Origin: Candidatus Micrarchaeaceae archaeon
GTDB lineage: Bacteria; Chloroflexota; Dormibacteria; Dormibacterales; Dormibacteraceae
DNA: 64,000 nucleotides
Assembly: GCA_035534555.1 (NCBI GenBank)
Contig: DATLRQ010000163.1
Coordinates: 19,446 to 83,445 of the forward strand
Direction: 5' to 3'
In this document: positions 27,531 through 38,555 of the stretch, piece by piece
How positions within the stretch are numbered: position 1 is the stretch's first letter
How the letters are laid out: every line of letters begins with the position of its first letter
Translations under genes and position numbers: made by a program
The notes under the pieces: generated by a model
The model's input: only the letters and a program-made list of their open reading frames with translations
What the model was told of the DNA's origin: nothing
Database searches by the model: none

Positions 27531-29027
27531 TTACGGGCCGAAGAAGGAGGTCGGGACTCCCAGCTGGCTGGCGATCAGGACTGTGGTCGGGTACAGGCCG
27601 AGCGCCAGCGAGAGCACGCCTGACAGGACGATCGCCATCGTGCCGCTGACCGACGACTCCAGCTTGTCGGTGCGGGCCGTAGAGGACCACACAGGGATCA
27701 GGACGCGCACGTAGTAGTAGACCGACACCACGCTCATCAAAACGGCGAGCACCACGAGCCAGGTGTAGCCGGCGCTGACGCCCGCTGTGAACAGGAACAG
27801 CTTCCCGAAGAAGCCGACAAATGGCGGGAAGCCGGCGAGCGACAGCATGAACACGGTCATCAGGATCGCCAGCAGCGGGCTGCGGCGGTAGAGGCCGTCG
27901 AGGTCCGACAGCCGGTCGCGATCCCCCTCGGGGCCCGCCAGCATCGTCACCACCGCGAACGCGCCGAAGTTCATGAACATGTAGACGAACAAATAGAAGA
28001 GCACGGCGGCGAGCCCGTTCTGGCCCCCGGCGATCACCCCGATCAGCACGTACCCCGCCTGCGCGACACCTGAGTAGGCGAGCAGGCGCTTCAGGCTCGA
28101 CTGCACGATGGCCATGAGGTTGCCGACGATCATGCTGGTCGCCGCGACGAACGCGAGCAGGACCTGCCACTCGGGCGCGAGGTGGGGCAGGCCGCCGGCG
28201 AAGATCCGGATGATCATCGCAAAGCCCGCCGCCTTGGTGCCGACCGACATGAACGCGGTGACGGGGATCGGCGCGCCCTGATAAACGTCGGGCGTCCACA
28301 TGTGGAACGGTGCCGCCGAGATCTTGAACGCGAAGCCGACTCCCATCAGCACGATGCCGAGCAAGATCAGCGGGTTGTTGGACGTCGAAGCGTGGAGCGC
28401 TTGAGCGATGCCGGGGAGGAGCGTCGTCCCCGTCCCGCCGTAGATGAGCGCCATGCCGTAAAGGACGAATGCGCTCGCGAAGCCTCCGACGAGCAGGTAT
28501 TTCGCAGCCGACTCCTGCGAGCGAGTGTCGCCGCGGGCGTATCCGCACACGATGTACAGCGAGATCGACAGCAGCTCGAGGCCGAGGAAGGCGGTGACCA
28601 GTGATGTCGCCGACGCGAGGACCATCATCCCGATGATCGCGGCGAGGATGAGAACGTGGAACTCGCCCGCGACGAAGCGCCGGCGCTTCAGGTACGAGTG
28701 CGAAACCGCCAGGGTGAGGATGCCGAGGGCGGCAAACAGGATCTCGAAGAACAGGGCGAACTTGTCGCCGGTGGCGTAGCCGCGGTAAGCCGGCCCGCCG
28801 TTGCCGTAGGTCCAGCGGTAGGCGGAGGTGGCGAGTGACAGCACGTATCCCACAGCCGCGACCATCGCCACGGCGTCCCCGCGCCGGCTCTTGGGCAACG
28901 CGAGGTCGACCACGATCGCGAACAGCAGGAAGACGGTGAGAGCGACGATCGGCGCGATCTGGCTGAGGTCGGCGAGGGCCTGGCTCCAGGTGTAGGTGAT
29001 GTCGACCGTGACTGCCAGCGGGATCAT
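27531..29027 (-). CDS. nuoN: NADH-quinone oxidoreductase subunit N
   Basis: 498-aa polytopic antiporter-like subunit. It is the last gene of the nuo operon and overlaps nuoM by 4 nt. Confidence 0.9.
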   Translation of the reverse strand: MIPLAVTVDITYTWSQALADLSQIAPIVALTVFLLFAIVVDLALPKSRRGDAVAMVAAVGYVLSLATSAYRWTYGNGGPAYRGYATGDKFALFFEILFAALGILTLAVSHSYLKRRRFVAGEFHVLILAAIIGMMVLASATSLVTAFLGLELLSISLYIVCGYARGDTRSQESAAKYLLVGGFASAFVLYGMALIYGGTGTTLLPGIAQALHASTSNNPLILLGIVLMGVGFAFKISAAPFHMWTPDVYQGAPIPVTAFMSVGTKAAGFAMIIRIFAGGLPHLAPEWQVLLAFVAATSMIVGNLMAIVQSSLKRLLAYSGVAQAGYVLIGVIAGGQNGLAAVLFYLFVYMFMNFGAFAVVTMLAGPEGDRDRLSDLDGLYRRSPLLAILMTVFMLSLAGFPPFVGFFGKLFLFTAGVSAGYTWLVVLAVLMSVVSVYYYVRVLIPVWSSTARTDKLESSVSGTMAIVLSGVLSLALGLYPTTVLIASQLGVPTSFFGP

Positions 29028-30469
29028 CGCGCCAGGCCCGTCTGCCCAAGGGCCGACATGAGCTGCGTGAGCAGGTAGGGGTAGATCCCGAGCACGAACA
29101 TCAACAGCACCAGCGGCGACAGGAGAACGAGCTGCCCGGTATAGATGTCGTGCATCGGCCTGTTGTCGATGGGCTCACCCTGGAAGGTGCCCTGGAAGAA
29201 CCGCAGCATGTACACAGGGGCGAGCACCAGCCCGATGGCGCCCAATATGGCGAGCACCGGGGCGCGCTGCCAGGCGCCGAGCAGGGTCATGAACTCCCCG
29301 ACAAAGCTGTTCAGGCCTGGCAACCCGAGCGCGGCGAGGACGACGATCACCGAGACTCCGGCCATGACCGGCATGCGAGGCGCGAGCCCCGCCAGGGCTG
29401 AGCGATCGCGCGTGCCCGTGCGGTCGGCGATCCACGCGACGAGCAGGAAGAGGGCGGGAACGATGATCCCGTGGTTGACCATCTGGAGGACAGCGCCCTG
29501 CTGGCCCTGCACGTTGAACGCGAATATCCCCAGCACGATGAAGCCCATGTGGCTCACGCTCGAATAGGCGACCAGCATTTTCATGTCCCGCTGGGCGAGG
29601 GCCATCAGCGCGCCCCAGATGATCGCGGCGACGGCGAGCACCGGGATCACCCAACGCCAGTCCCACCACAGCACGGGGTGGGGGAACAGCGGGATCGCGA
29701 TGCGCAGGAAGCCATACGCCCCGGCCTTGCCCATCACGCCGGCGAAGGTGATCAGCATCGGCGTCGGCGCCGCCCGGTAGGCGTCGGGCAGCCAGCTGTG
29801 GAACGGGAACAGCGGGGTCTTGATCGCAAACGCCAGCGCGAACACGAAGAAGAGGCCGAACTGGATCGAGGCCGTCGGTGGGATGGTGGCCAGGGTCGCG
29901 AGGTCGAACGTTTTGGCGCCAGTGGCCACGTACTCGCCGATGACGCCGACGAGCATCAGCAACGAGCCCGCCAGGGTGTACAGCACGAACTTGGTCGCGG
30001 CCCTGCCCGGCTGATCCTCATCCTCGCCGAAGAGCCACAGGAGGAAGTAGGCGGGGATCAGCATCGCCTCCCAGAACACATAGAAGAGGACGAGGTCGAC
30101 GGCGAGGAACACGCCCGCCAGGCCGGCGCTCATCGCCAGGATCAGGCCGAGGAACCGGTTGGCGTTCTTCATCGTGACCGGCGTCGCTAGCACGGCGATG
30201 ACGGTCAGAAATGCGTTCAGGACGACCAGCCAGATGCTTATGCCGTCGACGCCGAGGTGGTAGAAGATCGAGAGCTGCGGGACCCAAGGCACGATCTCGG
30301 TGAACTGGTACTGGTGGGCTGAAGGGTCGAAGACCAGCGCCACGCCGGCTGCGATCCCCAGGGTGACGATCGCGGTGATCGCGCTCATCAGCTTGCTCAC
30401 GCGCGCGGGCATGAAGGCGACGAGTGCGCCGGCGATCAGGGGGAGCAGCCACAGGATCGTGAGGGTCAT
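29024..30469 (-). CDS. nuoM: NADH-quinone oxidoreductase subunit M
   Basis: 481-aa antiporter-like subunit (HSWLPDAY motif). Overlaps both neighbouring genes by 4 nt. Confidence 0.9.
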   Translation of the reverse strand: MTLTILWLLPLIAGALVAFMPARVSKLMSAITAIVTLGIAAGVALVFDPSAHQYQFTEIVPWVPQLSIFYHLGVDGISIWLVVLNAFLTVIAVLATPVTMKNANRFLGLILAMSAGLAGVFLAVDLVLFYVFWEAMLIPAYFLLWLFGEDEDQPGRAATKFVLYTLAGSLLMLVGVIGEYVATGAKTFDLATLATIPPTASIQFGLFFVFALAFAIKTPLFPFHSWLPDAYRAAPTPMLITFAGVMGKAGAYGFLRIAIPLFPHPVLWWDWRWVIPVLAVAAIIWGALMALAQRDMKMLVAYSSVSHMGFIVLGIFAFNVQGQQGAVLQMVNHGIIVPALFLLVAWIADRTGTRDRSALAGLAPRMPVMAGVSVIVVLAALGLPGLNSFVGEFMTLLGAWQRAPVLAILGAIGLVLAPVYMLRFFQGTFQGEPIDNRPMHDIYTGQLVLLSPLVLLMFVLGIYPYLLTQLMSALGQTGLAR

Positions 30470-32382
30470 GAGTTCGACTTCACAAGGATCAAGATCGCGG
30501 CGATGCAGGCGCCGGCCAGGAACACCAGGACGTAATTGCGGAAGTAGCCACTCTGCGTGAGGCTCAGGCTGCCCGCGCCGGCCTCGGTCACGTGACCGGT
30601 GCCGGCCACCACGCCATCGATCAGGGGTTGCTCGACGTGGGTGAATCCACCGTCAGCGATGGCGTCCATCGGGCGAACGAACGCGAAGTTGTAGGCCTCG
30701 TCGAAGTAGTACTTGCGTTCGAGCAGCCGCTGGAGTCGCGGGAAACGCGTGCTCCACGGTTTCCAGGTGCGTTCGACGTAGATGCGATACGCCGCGAGGA
30801 AGAGCAGGCCGGCCAGGGCCATGGTGATGAGGCTGAGGATCACGTCGGCGACGCCGCCCTCCCAGGGCTGCTTGCCGACCACGGTGTCCAGGAAGTCCGA
30901 GACCGCCTGAGGGCCGAAGCCGAGGGCGCGCGTCTGGATCAACCCGCCGATGGTGGCGAGCACGGCCAGCACCATGACCGGGATCAGCATCACCGAGGGC
31001 GCCTCGTGCGGGTGCTCGACCGGACGCTCTGGGGAAGGCTTGCCGGCGAAGGACATCCACCACATGCGGCCGGTGTAGAAGCCGGTGATCAGCGCGGTCA
31101 CGAAGCCGATGCCCCACACGACCAAGGAGACGGTGTTGTCGGGCTTGGAAAAAGCCGCGCCGAGGATCTGCTCCTTGGAGAAGAAGCCGACGAACGGGAT
31201 GATGCCCACGAGCGAGAGCGAGCCGATAAGGAACGACCAGGACGTGCGGGGAAGCTGGCGGAACAGGCCGCCGTACTTGCGCATGTCCTGCTCGTCGTGC
31301 ATCGAGTGGATGACGTTGCCCGCGGCCATGAAGAGCAGGGCCTTGAAGAAGGCATGGGACATGAGGTGGAAGAGGCCGGCGGAGTAGGCGCCGACGCCGA
31401 CCGCGAGGAACATGTAGCCGATCTGGCTCATCGTCGAGTAGGCGAGCACTCGCTTGATGTCGGTCTGAACGATCGCGATCGAGGCGGCGAACAGCGCGGT
31501 GACGGCGCCGATGATGGCAACCGAGGCGTGGGCGTAAGTCGCTATGTCGTAGATCGGGTGCATGCGGGCAACGAGGTAAACACCGGCCGTCACCATGGTC
31601 GCGGCGTGGATGAGAGCGCTTACCGGCGTCGGGCCCTCCATGGCATCGGGCAGCCAGGTATGGAGGGGGAGCTGAGCCGATTTGGCGATGGCGCCGACTA
31701 GCAGCAGGAAGGCGGCAAGCTCCAGCGTCGGCGAATCTCCGCCGATGCACGATTTGCCGTTGGCGCACGGCAAGGCGTTGAAGACTCCCGCATAAGTAAT
31801 CGCGTGGTAGGTCGTGAAAAGGACGAAGGCGCCCAGGATCATGCCGACGTCGCCGATCACGTTCATGACGAACGCTTTGCGCGCCGCCAGCACGGCGGAG
31901 CGCCTCTGGTACCAGAAGCCAATGAGAAAGTAAGAGCTGAGGCCCACCATCGCCCAGCCGACGATGAGGAATACGAAGTTCCCGGCCAGTACCAGCAGCA
32001 GCATCGAGAAGATGAACACGTCCATGTAGGTGAAGAAGCGGGCGAAGCTGGCGTCGTTCTCCGCCGCCATGTAGCCGACGGCGTAGGTGATGATCAGCGC
32101 GCCGACGCCTGTGATGACGAGGCACATGAAGATCGACAGGTTGTCGATCAGCAGGTTGAACGGAACGTCGAACGTCCCGCTCTTGATCCAGGTGAAGTAC
32201 GTCACGTCATCGGAAGCCTTGTTGATGAAGAGCACCAGGGTGACCACGAACGACGCCCACACCACGCCCGGGCCCACGATCTTGGTCCAGATGCGCGGCA
32301 GGCGCCAGCCGCGGCCCGCCAACAGAATTGCGCCCGCCGCAGGCAGAAGAAGGACCAGCAGCGCGAGCTGCCCGGTGTTCAT
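30466..32382 (-). CDS. nuoL: NADH-quinone oxidoreductase subunit L
   Basis: 638 aa with the LHTWLPDAMEGPTPVSALIHAATMV motif and a C-terminal lateral-helix region. Confidence 0.9.
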   Translation of the reverse strand: MNTGQLALLVLLLPAAGAILLAGRGWRLPRIWTKIVGPGVVWASFVVTLVLFINKASDDVTYFTWIKSGTFDVPFNLLIDNLSIFMCLVITGVGALIITYAVGYMAAENDASFARFFTYMDVFIFSMLLLVLAGNFVFLIVGWAMVGLSSYFLIGFWYQRRSAVLAARKAFVMNVIGDVGMILGAFVLFTTYHAITYAGVFNALPCANGKSCIGGDSPTLELAAFLLLVGAIAKSAQLPLHTWLPDAMEGPTPVSALIHAATMVTAGVYLVARMHPIYDIATYAHASVAIIGAVTALFAASIAIVQTDIKRVLAYSTMSQIGYMFLAVGVGAYSAGLFHLMSHAFFKALLFMAAGNVIHSMHDEQDMRKYGGLFRQLPRTSWSFLIGSLSLVGIIPFVGFFSKEQILGAAFSKPDNTVSLVVWGIGFVTALITGFYTGRMWWMSFAGKPSPERPVEHPHEAPSVMLIPVMVLAVLATIGGLIQTRALGFGPQAVSDFLDTVVGKQPWEGGVADVILSLITMALAGLLFLAAYRIYVERTWKPWSTRFPRLQRLLERKYYFDEAYNFAFVRPMDAIADGGFTHVEQPLIDGVVAGTGHVTEAGAGSLSLTQSGYFRNYVLVFLAGACIAAILILVKSNS

Positions 32383-32708
32383 CCTTTCAGCTCGCTGAGG
32401 TCGTCGATGTCCTCGGCGTCGCGCACCCTGAAGATCTCGACCAGGATCGCCAGGCCAACCACCGCCTCGGCGGCGGCAACCGTCATCACCATCAGTGCGA
32501 AGAGCTGGCCCTCAGGGTTCTGCAGCTGGCGCGAGAAGGTGATCAGCGTGAGGTTGACGGCGTTCAGCATCAGCTCGATGCAGATGAGGATCACCAGGGG
32601 GTTGCGCCTGACGAGCACTCCGATCGCCCCGAGCGTGAACAAAATGGCGCCCAGCAGCAGGAACCAGGACGAATCCAGCTGCGAGCCCCCGATCGACATC
32701 GTGCTCAC
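32379..32708 (-). CDS. nuoK: NADH-quinone oxidoreductase subunit K
   Basis: 109 aa with 3 TM segments and conserved position between nuoJ and nuoL. Confidence 0.9.
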   Translation of the reverse strand: MSTMSIGGSQLDSSWFLLLGAILFTLGAIGVLVRRNPLVILICIELMLNAVNLTLITFSRQLQNPEGQLFALMVMTVAAAEAVVGLAILVEIFRVRDAEDIDDLSELKG

Positions 32709-33208
32709 AGGTCTTCGATATTCCTTTTGCTCAAGTAGATGGCACCGATAGCAGCCACCAGCAGGAGCAAAGAGGTGAGCTCAAACGGGTACAGGTAGGT
32801 GGTGAACAGCTGGACGGCGATCCACTCCACCGTGCCGAAGACCTTCAAGTCGGTGAGTGTGGGCTGCCGGTACTGAACGCCCTGGAGCATCACCCAGACG
32901 AGAACGAGGAAGACGACCGCGAACAGCGCGGCCAGCCACGGCTGGAAACGCAGGCGACCGCGGCTCGGCTCTTTGGCCGGTCCCAGCAGCGCGATCACGA
33001 ACAGGAACAGCACCATCACCGCTCCCGCGTACACGATGATCTGGACGACGAACACGAACTGCGCGCTCAGCAGCAGGAACAGGATCGAAAGCGCCACCAT
33101 GACCACGACGAGGCTGAGCACGGAGCGGATCGGCTCGTGGAAGGCGATGACGCCAATGCCTCCCGCCACGGCGAGCGCGGCGGCGACAAAAAAGACGAGC
33201 AGCCCCAC
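32705..33208 (-). CDS. nuoJ: NADH-quinone oxidoreductase subunit J
   Basis: 167-aa membrane subunit at the expected operon position. Confidence 0.85.
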   Translation of the reverse strand: MGLLVFFVAAALAVAGGIGVIAFHEPIRSVLSLVVVMVALSILFLLLSAQFVFVVQIIVYAGAVMVLFLFVIALLGPAKEPSRGRLRFQPWLAALFAVVFLVLVWVMLQGVQYRQPTLTDLKVFGTVEWIAVQLFTTYLYPFELTSLLLLVAAIGAIYLSKRNIEDL

Positions 33209-33210
33209 CG

Positions 33211-33783
33211 CTAGGTCGCCTCTTCTTTCTTCTTGGCGTTGAGCCGTGCTTCCACGTCAGGCGGCAGCGGCTCCAGCAGCTTCTCCTTGGTGTAGATGAA
33301 CTTCTCGCGGCTGGTGTCCGACAGCTCGTACTCGGGGCCGAGCACGATCGCCTGCACCGGGCATGCCTCTTCGCAGTAGCCGCAGAAGATGCAGCGGAGC
33401 ATGTTGATCTCGTACGTCTTCGCGTAGCGCTCGCCGGGCGAAACGCGCTTCTCGTCGGTGTTCTCCGCGGCGATCACGAGGATGCAGCCGACGGGGCACG
33501 CCGCCGCGCACAGCTCGCAACCGATGCAGCGCTCGAGGCCGTTGTCGTACCGGCGCAGGTAATGGCGCCCGCGATAACGCTCCGACCGCGGCGTCTTCTC
33601 CTCCGGGTACATCGTGGTCACCACCGGCTTGAAGAACTCGGAGAGCGTGGTCTTCAGGCCGCCGGCCAGGGCGGCGACATCGCCGGCGACGCTCGGCTTC
33701 TCGCCTTGCGGTTTGGGCGGCACGCCCTCGCCCGCCCGCCGCAGCGGCGTCGGGTCGTGGTCGTGCCCGTTCTCTTCGGTCAA
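33211..33783 (-). CDS. nuoI: NADH-quinone oxidoreductase subunit I (2x[4Fe-4S])
   Basis: Two ferredoxin motifs, [12 protein letters not shown] and [12 protein letters not shown]. Confidence 0.9.
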   Translation of the reverse strand: MTEENGHDHDPTPLRRAGEGVPPKPQGEKPSVAGDVAALAGGLKTTLSEFFKPVVTTMYPEEKTPRSERYRGRHYLRRYDNGLERCIGCELCAAACPVGCILVIAAENTDEKRVSPGERYAKTYEINMLRCIFCGYCEEACPVQAIVLGPEYELSDTSREKFIYTKEKLLEPLPPDVEARLNAKKKEEAT

Positions 33784-33787
33784 ATCT

Positions 33788-34801
33788 CTACCCCTGAACT
33801 GCCACCACGACGATCCCGGTGACGATGATGTTCGCGATTGCCAGCGGCATGAGGAGCTTCCAGCCCAGGCGCATGAGCATGTCGTAGCGAAGGCGTGGCA
33901 AGGTGCCGCGGAGCCAAATGTAAAGGAAGAGGAAGAAGATCACCTTCAGCAGGAAGGCGAGTATCGGCGGGACGAACCACAGGTACCAACCGCCGAAGAA
34001 CAAGAGCGCTGCGAGCGCTGAGACAGTGATCATGTTCACGTACTCGGCGAGGTAGTACATCACGAACTTCAGGCCCGAATACTCGGTGAGGAAGCCGCCG
34101 ATCAGCTCCTGCTCTGCCTCCGGCAGGTCGAACGGCGCGCGGTTCGTTTCCGCGACGGCTGATATCAGATAGATGACGAAGCCGATGGGTGTCAGCAGGA
34201 TGAGTGGTATCGGTCCTGTGTAGGGCCCCCAATGCACTGTGAAGTCGACGATGTCGCGCAGCCGCAGCGAGCCGACGATCATGAAGGTCGGCACCAATGA
34301 AAGACCGAGAGCGACCTCGTAGCTGATCAGCTGCGCCGCCGACCGCAGGCCGCCGAGCAGCGAGTACTTGTTGTTGGACGAATACCCGCCGAGCAGGATC
34401 GCGTACACGTTCAGTGAGCTGAAGGCGAATATCAAAAGGACGCCGATGTTGACGTCGGCGATCCAGTACTGGACGTTGTACCAGAGGCCGATCGGGATCA
34501 CCGCCCACGACAGGAAAGCGGCCGCCACGGCGATGGCGGGGGCGGCGACGTACAGGATCTTGTCGGTCTTGGCCGGGACGAAGCTCTCCTTGAAAGCAAG
34601 CTTCACGCCGTCGGCCGCCAGCTGCATCAGGCCGAAAGGTCCGACGCGATTCGGTCCCGGCCGGCGCTGGATGCGGCCGAGCGCGACGCGCTCGAACCAG
34701 ACCGTATAGGCGGTGGCCGTCAGCACGACGAACAGCAGCAGCGCGATCGCAACCGTCACCACCACCCAGTGGCCGACCGGGTCGTTGTAGAAGCCCATCA
34801 A
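33788..34801 (-). CDS. nuoH: NADH-quinone oxidoreductase subunit H
   Basis: 337 aa with [21 protein letters not shown] and LRYDMLM motifs. Confidence 0.9.
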   Translation of the reverse strand: MMGFYNDPVGHWVVVTVAIALLLFVVLTATAYTVWFERVALGRIQRRPGPNRVGPFGLMQLAADGVKLAFKESFVPAKTDKILYVAAPAIAVAAAFLSWAVIPIGLWYNVQYWIADVNIGVLLIFAFSSLNVYAILLGGYSSNNKYSLLGGLRSAAQLISYEVALGLSLVPTFMIVGSLRLRDIVDFTVHWGPYTGPIPLILLTPIGFVIYLISAVAETNRAPFDLPEAEQELIGGFLTEYSGLKFVMYYLAEYVNMITVSALAALLFFGGWYLWFVPPILAFLLKVIFFLFLYIWLRGTLPRLRYDMLMRLGWKLLMPLAIANIIVTGIVVVAVQG

Positions 34802-36672
34802 GGCCGGGCTGCTCCCATGAGCACTGGCACCGCCTCAGGCTCCGGGCTCGGCGGTTGCGCCAGCGCAGCCAGGGCCGGAAACGCGGTGGCCGCTTCGCGC
34901 TGGATCGGCGAGATGCCGACGTACTCGAACGGGAGCCCAAGACCCGCCGCGAGCTCGCACAGGACTTCCCACGATTCCTTCAGCGGGGCCTCAGCGTCGA
35001 CCGCCGGTCTTAGGAACTGCACGCGGCCCTCGAGGTTGGTGTAGCTACCCTGCCGTTCGGCAAAGCTGGTGGCCGGCAGCACCACCGACGCGTTCTGGTG
35101 CTCGGGCCTCGCCAGGTGATCCCATGCCGCGTGGAACTTGACACTGGCGGGAACGCCGGCGGTGGGCGGAGGGCCCCAGCTGAGCAGCGCCTCGACCCCC
35201 TCCAGCGAGTCCCATCCGGCCACGCCAAGCTCCAGCGCGCCTCGCTCGTTGGTGCCTAGATAGAGCGGCATCAGCTTGCCGCCGACCTTGCCCGCGAGCT
35301 CGGCGCAGGCGGCCACCAAGCCCGCGGTGTCCTCGCTCCCGCGACCATCGCCATAGAGGATCGCGACCGGGCCGCCGGGCTCACGGAGCCACTCGTGCTC
35401 CGCCAATTTGCCGACCTCGGTGGCGGCCTGTCCCGGCTGGTTGCGGATGTGGACCGTTTGCCGGTGGCGGTCGAAGTCGACAGCCTCGGGGTGGATGACG
35501 ATCAGCTTCGCCCCGCGCTTCGAGACCGCCTTCTTGACGCGAAGGTTGACGATGGGCACTTCGTTCTCGGTATCCGACGCGACGATGACAATGACGCGCG
35601 CGTCATCTATGTCCTTGATCGTCAGCGGCTCGCCGCTGGGTGCGGGCAGGGCGGTGCGGCCGTGCATCTTGACCTTGGCGCCGCGCAGCGGGCCATCGAG
35701 GAGCTTGCGGAAGAGGAAGGCCTCCTCGTTGGTCAGGTCCTGCGGCAGAGAGATGCCGAGCTTCGAGCCCTTGCCTTTGATCCCATCCGCCACCGTGTTG
35801 AGTGCCACCGCCCAGGTGGTCTTGGTTCCATGAACCGTCGGCACCCGCAACCGAGCTGGGTCGTTGACGTCGGTGTAGTCGAAGCGGCCGCGGTCGCAGA
35901 TCCAGCCCTCGTCGATGTCGTCGTTCTCGCGCGAGGTGACGCGCACCAGCTGGCCGCGGCGCTGCCACAGCGTGACGTTGCAGCCGACGGCGCACTTCGA
36001 GCAGACGCTCGGGGTGTGGTGCAGGTCCCACGGCCGTGATTCGAATCGCCAGACGCGCGAGGTGAGAGCGCCGACGGGGCACAGGTCGATGATGTTGCCG
36101 CTGAAGATCGACGTGAGCGGCTGGTCGAACTGGCTCGTGATCATCGAGTGCACGCCGCGCTCGGCTACGGTCAGCTCCTGCTCCCACGCCACTTCGTCGT
36201 AGTAGCGCGTGCAGCGATAGCAGAGCACGCAGCGCTCGCGGTCGAGCGCGATGTTCGGCGAGAGCGGGATGGGCTTCTTGAAATGCAGGCGCGGACCGTC
36301 GATGCGGCTCGTTGGATAGCCGTGGCGGAACGTGAAGTCCTGCAGCGGGCACTCGCCACCCTTGTCGCATACCGGACAGTCGAGCGGGTGGTTGACGAGC
36401 TCGAACTCGAGGATGTCAGCGCGCGCCTGCACCGCCATCGCGCTCTGTGTTTTCACGGCCATGCCGTCGGCCACCGGCCGGATGCAACCTGCCTGCGCGA
36501 CGGGCGGCCCGGGCGAGATTTCCACCATGCACATGCGGCACGCGCCGACCGGCTCCAGCTTGTGGTGGTAGCAGAAGACGGGGATCTCGATCCCCAACAG
36601 CTTCGCCGCCTCGACCACCAGCGTGCCATCGGGCACGGTGACGGCGCGGCCGTCGATCGTGAGGTTGACCAT
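34798..36672 (-). CDS. nuoG: NADH-quinone oxidoreductase subunit G
   Basis: Begins MVNLTIDGR and has VFCYHHKLEPVGACRMCMVEI and further Fe-S Cys clusters. The alternative start ATG 36687 overlaps nuoF. Confidence 0.9.
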   Translation of the reverse strand: MVNLTIDGRAVTVPDGTLVVEAAKLLGIEIPVFCYHHKLEPVGACRMCMVEISPGPPVAQAGCIRPVADGMAVKTQSAMAVQARADILEFELVNHPLDCPVCDKGGECPLQDFTFRHGYPTSRIDGPRLHFKKPIPLSPNIALDRERCVLCYRCTRYYDEVAWEQELTVAERGVHSMITSQFDQPLTSIFSGNIIDLCPVGALTSRVWRFESRPWDLHHTPSVCSKCAVGCNVTLWQRRGQLVRVTSRENDDIDEGWICDRGRFDYTDVNDPARLRVPTVHGTKTTWAVALNTVADGIKGKGSKLGISLPQDLTNEEAFLFRKLLDGPLRGAKVKMHGRTALPAPSGEPLTIKDIDDARVIVIVASDTENEVPIVNLRVKKAVSKRGAKLIVIHPEAVDFDRHRQTVHIRNQPGQAATEVGKLAEHEWLREPGGPVAILYGDGRGSEDTAGLVAACAELAGKVGGKLMPLYLGTNERGALELGVAGWDSLEGVEALLSWGPPPTAGVPASVKFHAAWDHLARPEHQNASVVLPATSFAERQGSYTNLEGRVQFLRPAVDAEAPLKESWEVLCELAAGLGLPFEYVGISPIQREAATAFPALAALAQPPSPEPEAVPVLMGAARP

Positions 36673-36679
36673 CTTCGCG

Positions 36680-37987
36680 TCAGGCATGCACCAAGGCCCC
36701 CTCGACCGAGCAGGTGTGGCGAAGGCAGTGCTCCTCGTACTCGTTGCGGAAGTGGCCCATCGTCGACTGGATGACCCAGCCGGCTGCATCGCCAAGCCCG
36801 CACAGGCAGCGGCCGCCTTGCAGCCCCTGCTGGACGCGATCGAGGAGCGCAAGCTCGATCTCCGAGCCCTCGTTGGCGAGGATGCGCTCGTACGTGCGCA
36901 CCGCCCAGTTGCTGCCGACACGGCAAGGCGTGCACTTGCCGCACGACTCGTGGGCGTAGAAGCGCAGCAGCCGGGCCGCCCCCTTGACGATGCAGTGCGA
37001 GTCGTCCATCACGATGATCCCGCCCGAGCCGCCCATCGTCCCCAGAGCCTTTAGGCCATCGAGGTCGGTCGAGGTGTCGAGCATCGAACCTGGGAGGACC
37101 TTCGCCGACGAGCCGCCCGGCCAGAAGACTTTGACCTTGCGCCCGGGAAAGGGGCCGCCCGCAAGCTCTTCGATGATGTGCCGGTAGGTGACGCCGATCT
37201 CGATCTCGTAGTTGCCCGGCTTCCGAACGTCCCCGCTCACCGTCACCATTCGAGTGCCCTTCGCCTTCTCGGTGCCGCGCTTGGCGTACTCGGCGCCGCC
37301 GTGGCGGATGATCCACGGCACGGTCGACAGCGTCTCCACGTTGTTGACGGCGGTCGGCTGCCCCCACGCGCCCTTGAGGGCGGGGAAGGGGGGGCGGGAC
37401 CGAGGCTGCGCACGCTTCCCCTCCAGGGATTCGAGCAGCGCCGTCTCCTCGCCGCAGATATACGCTCCGTGGCCGCGATAGAGCCGAATGTCCAGCGGGT
37501 AGTCGGATCCAAAGGGGTGATCGCCGAGGTAGCCCTTCGCGTGCGCCTCGGCGATGGCGTCGCGCACCATCTCGTACGGCACGTCGTACTCGCCGCGGAT
37601 GTAGATCCACGCCTGGTGGCCGCCGATGGCAAAGGTCGCGATCGCCGCGCCCTCGACGAGCGCATGCGGCGAGTTCTCCATCAAGTAGCGGTCCTTGGCG
37701 CTGCCCGGCTCGGACTCGTCGGCGTTGACGACTATGTATTTCGGCCCCGGGTGGTCCTTGGGCACAAACGACCACTTGGTCGCGGTCGGGAAGTCGGCGC
37801 CGCCGCGGCCGCGCAGCCCCGAGGCCTTGACCTCGTCGATGACTTGCGCAGCATTCATCCCGGTCACCACTTTGCGCAGGCCTTCGTAGCCGCCCAACTT
37901 CTCGTAGACGTCGAGCTTGTGCAGGTTGGCCTTGCCAAACCATTCGGTCAGCACGGGGCCGCCGACGGTGCCGCGCTGCTCAGCCAC
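36680..37987 (-). CDS. nuoF: NADH-quinone oxidoreductase subunit F
   Basis: 435 aa with the FMN/NADH motifs GLRGRGGADFPT and the N3 cluster ESCGKCTPCR. Confidence 0.92.
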   Translation of the reverse strand: MAEQRGTVGGPVLTEWFGKANLHKLDVYEKLGGYEGLRKVVTGMNAAQVIDEVKASGLRGRGGADFPTATKWSFVPKDHPGPKYIVVNADESEPGSAKDRYLMENSPHALVEGAAIATFAIGGHQAWIYIRGEYDVPYEMVRDAIAEAHAKGYLGDHPFGSDYPLDIRLYRGHGAYICGEETALLESLEGKRAQPRSRPPFPALKGAWGQPTAVNNVETLSTVPWIIRHGGAEYAKRGTEKAKGTRMVTVSGDVRKPGNYEIEIGVTYRHIIEELAGGPFPGRKVKVFWPGGSSAKVLPGSMLDTSTDLDGLKALGTMGGSGGIIVMDDSHCIVKGAARLLRFYAHESCGKCTPCRVGSNWAVRTYERILANEGSEIELALLDRVQQGLQGGRCLCGLGDAAGWVIQSTMGHFRNEYEEHCLRHTCSVEGALVHA

Positions 37988-38555
37988 TCGGCTTGGCCCT
38001 CCGCACCGGTTTCTTTCGGGGCGCGGGTTCTGGGGTCGCGTCAGAAGCGATCCGAACCCCGGTTTTGACGTGTGCCCTCACCAGGCGGCGGTCGTTGACC
38101 AGCGAGTCGATCTTCGCGCGCGTGAGGTCGGTCTGGTAGCGATGGTCGAGCCGCGCCACCGGCGCGTACTCGCACGCGCCCAGGCACTCGACCTCCTCGT
38201 ATGAGAAGAGCCCGTCCTGCGATACCTCCCCGGGCTCGCGAACGCCGATCGCGACCTTCAGGCGATCGACGATGTCCTCGGCGCCGCGCAGCGTGCAGCT
38301 CAAGTTCGTGCAGACGTAGAACCGGTGCTTGCCGACGGGATCGAGGTGAAAAAGCGTGTAGAAGGTGGCCACGCCTTCGACGTATCCGGGGTCGAGTTGC
38401 AGCGCGACCGCGACCTCGCTCATCGCCTCGGGCGTCAGGTGGCCCAGCTCCTCCTGAGCGAGGTCGAGCGCGGGCATCACCGCCGAGCGCGGCTGCGGGT
38501 ACTTCGCTGGCAGCGCCCGGATCTCTTCCAGCAAATGACTGGACAAGGCGCTCAC
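37980..38555 (-). CDS. nuoE: NADH-quinone oxidoreductase subunit E
   Basis: The GTG start overlaps the nuoD stop (GTGA). 2Fe-2S Cys pattern CTNLSC...CLGAC. Confidence 0.85.
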   Translation of the reverse strand: MSALSSHLLEEIRALPAKYPQPRSAVMPALDLAQEELGHLTPEAMSEVAVALQLDPGYVEGVATFYTLFHLDPVGKHRFYVCTNLSCTLRGAEDIVDRLKVAIGVREPGEVSQDGLFSYEEVECLGACEYAPVARLDHRYQTDLTRAKIDSLVNDRRLVRAHVKTGVRIASDATPEPAPRKKPVRRAKPSG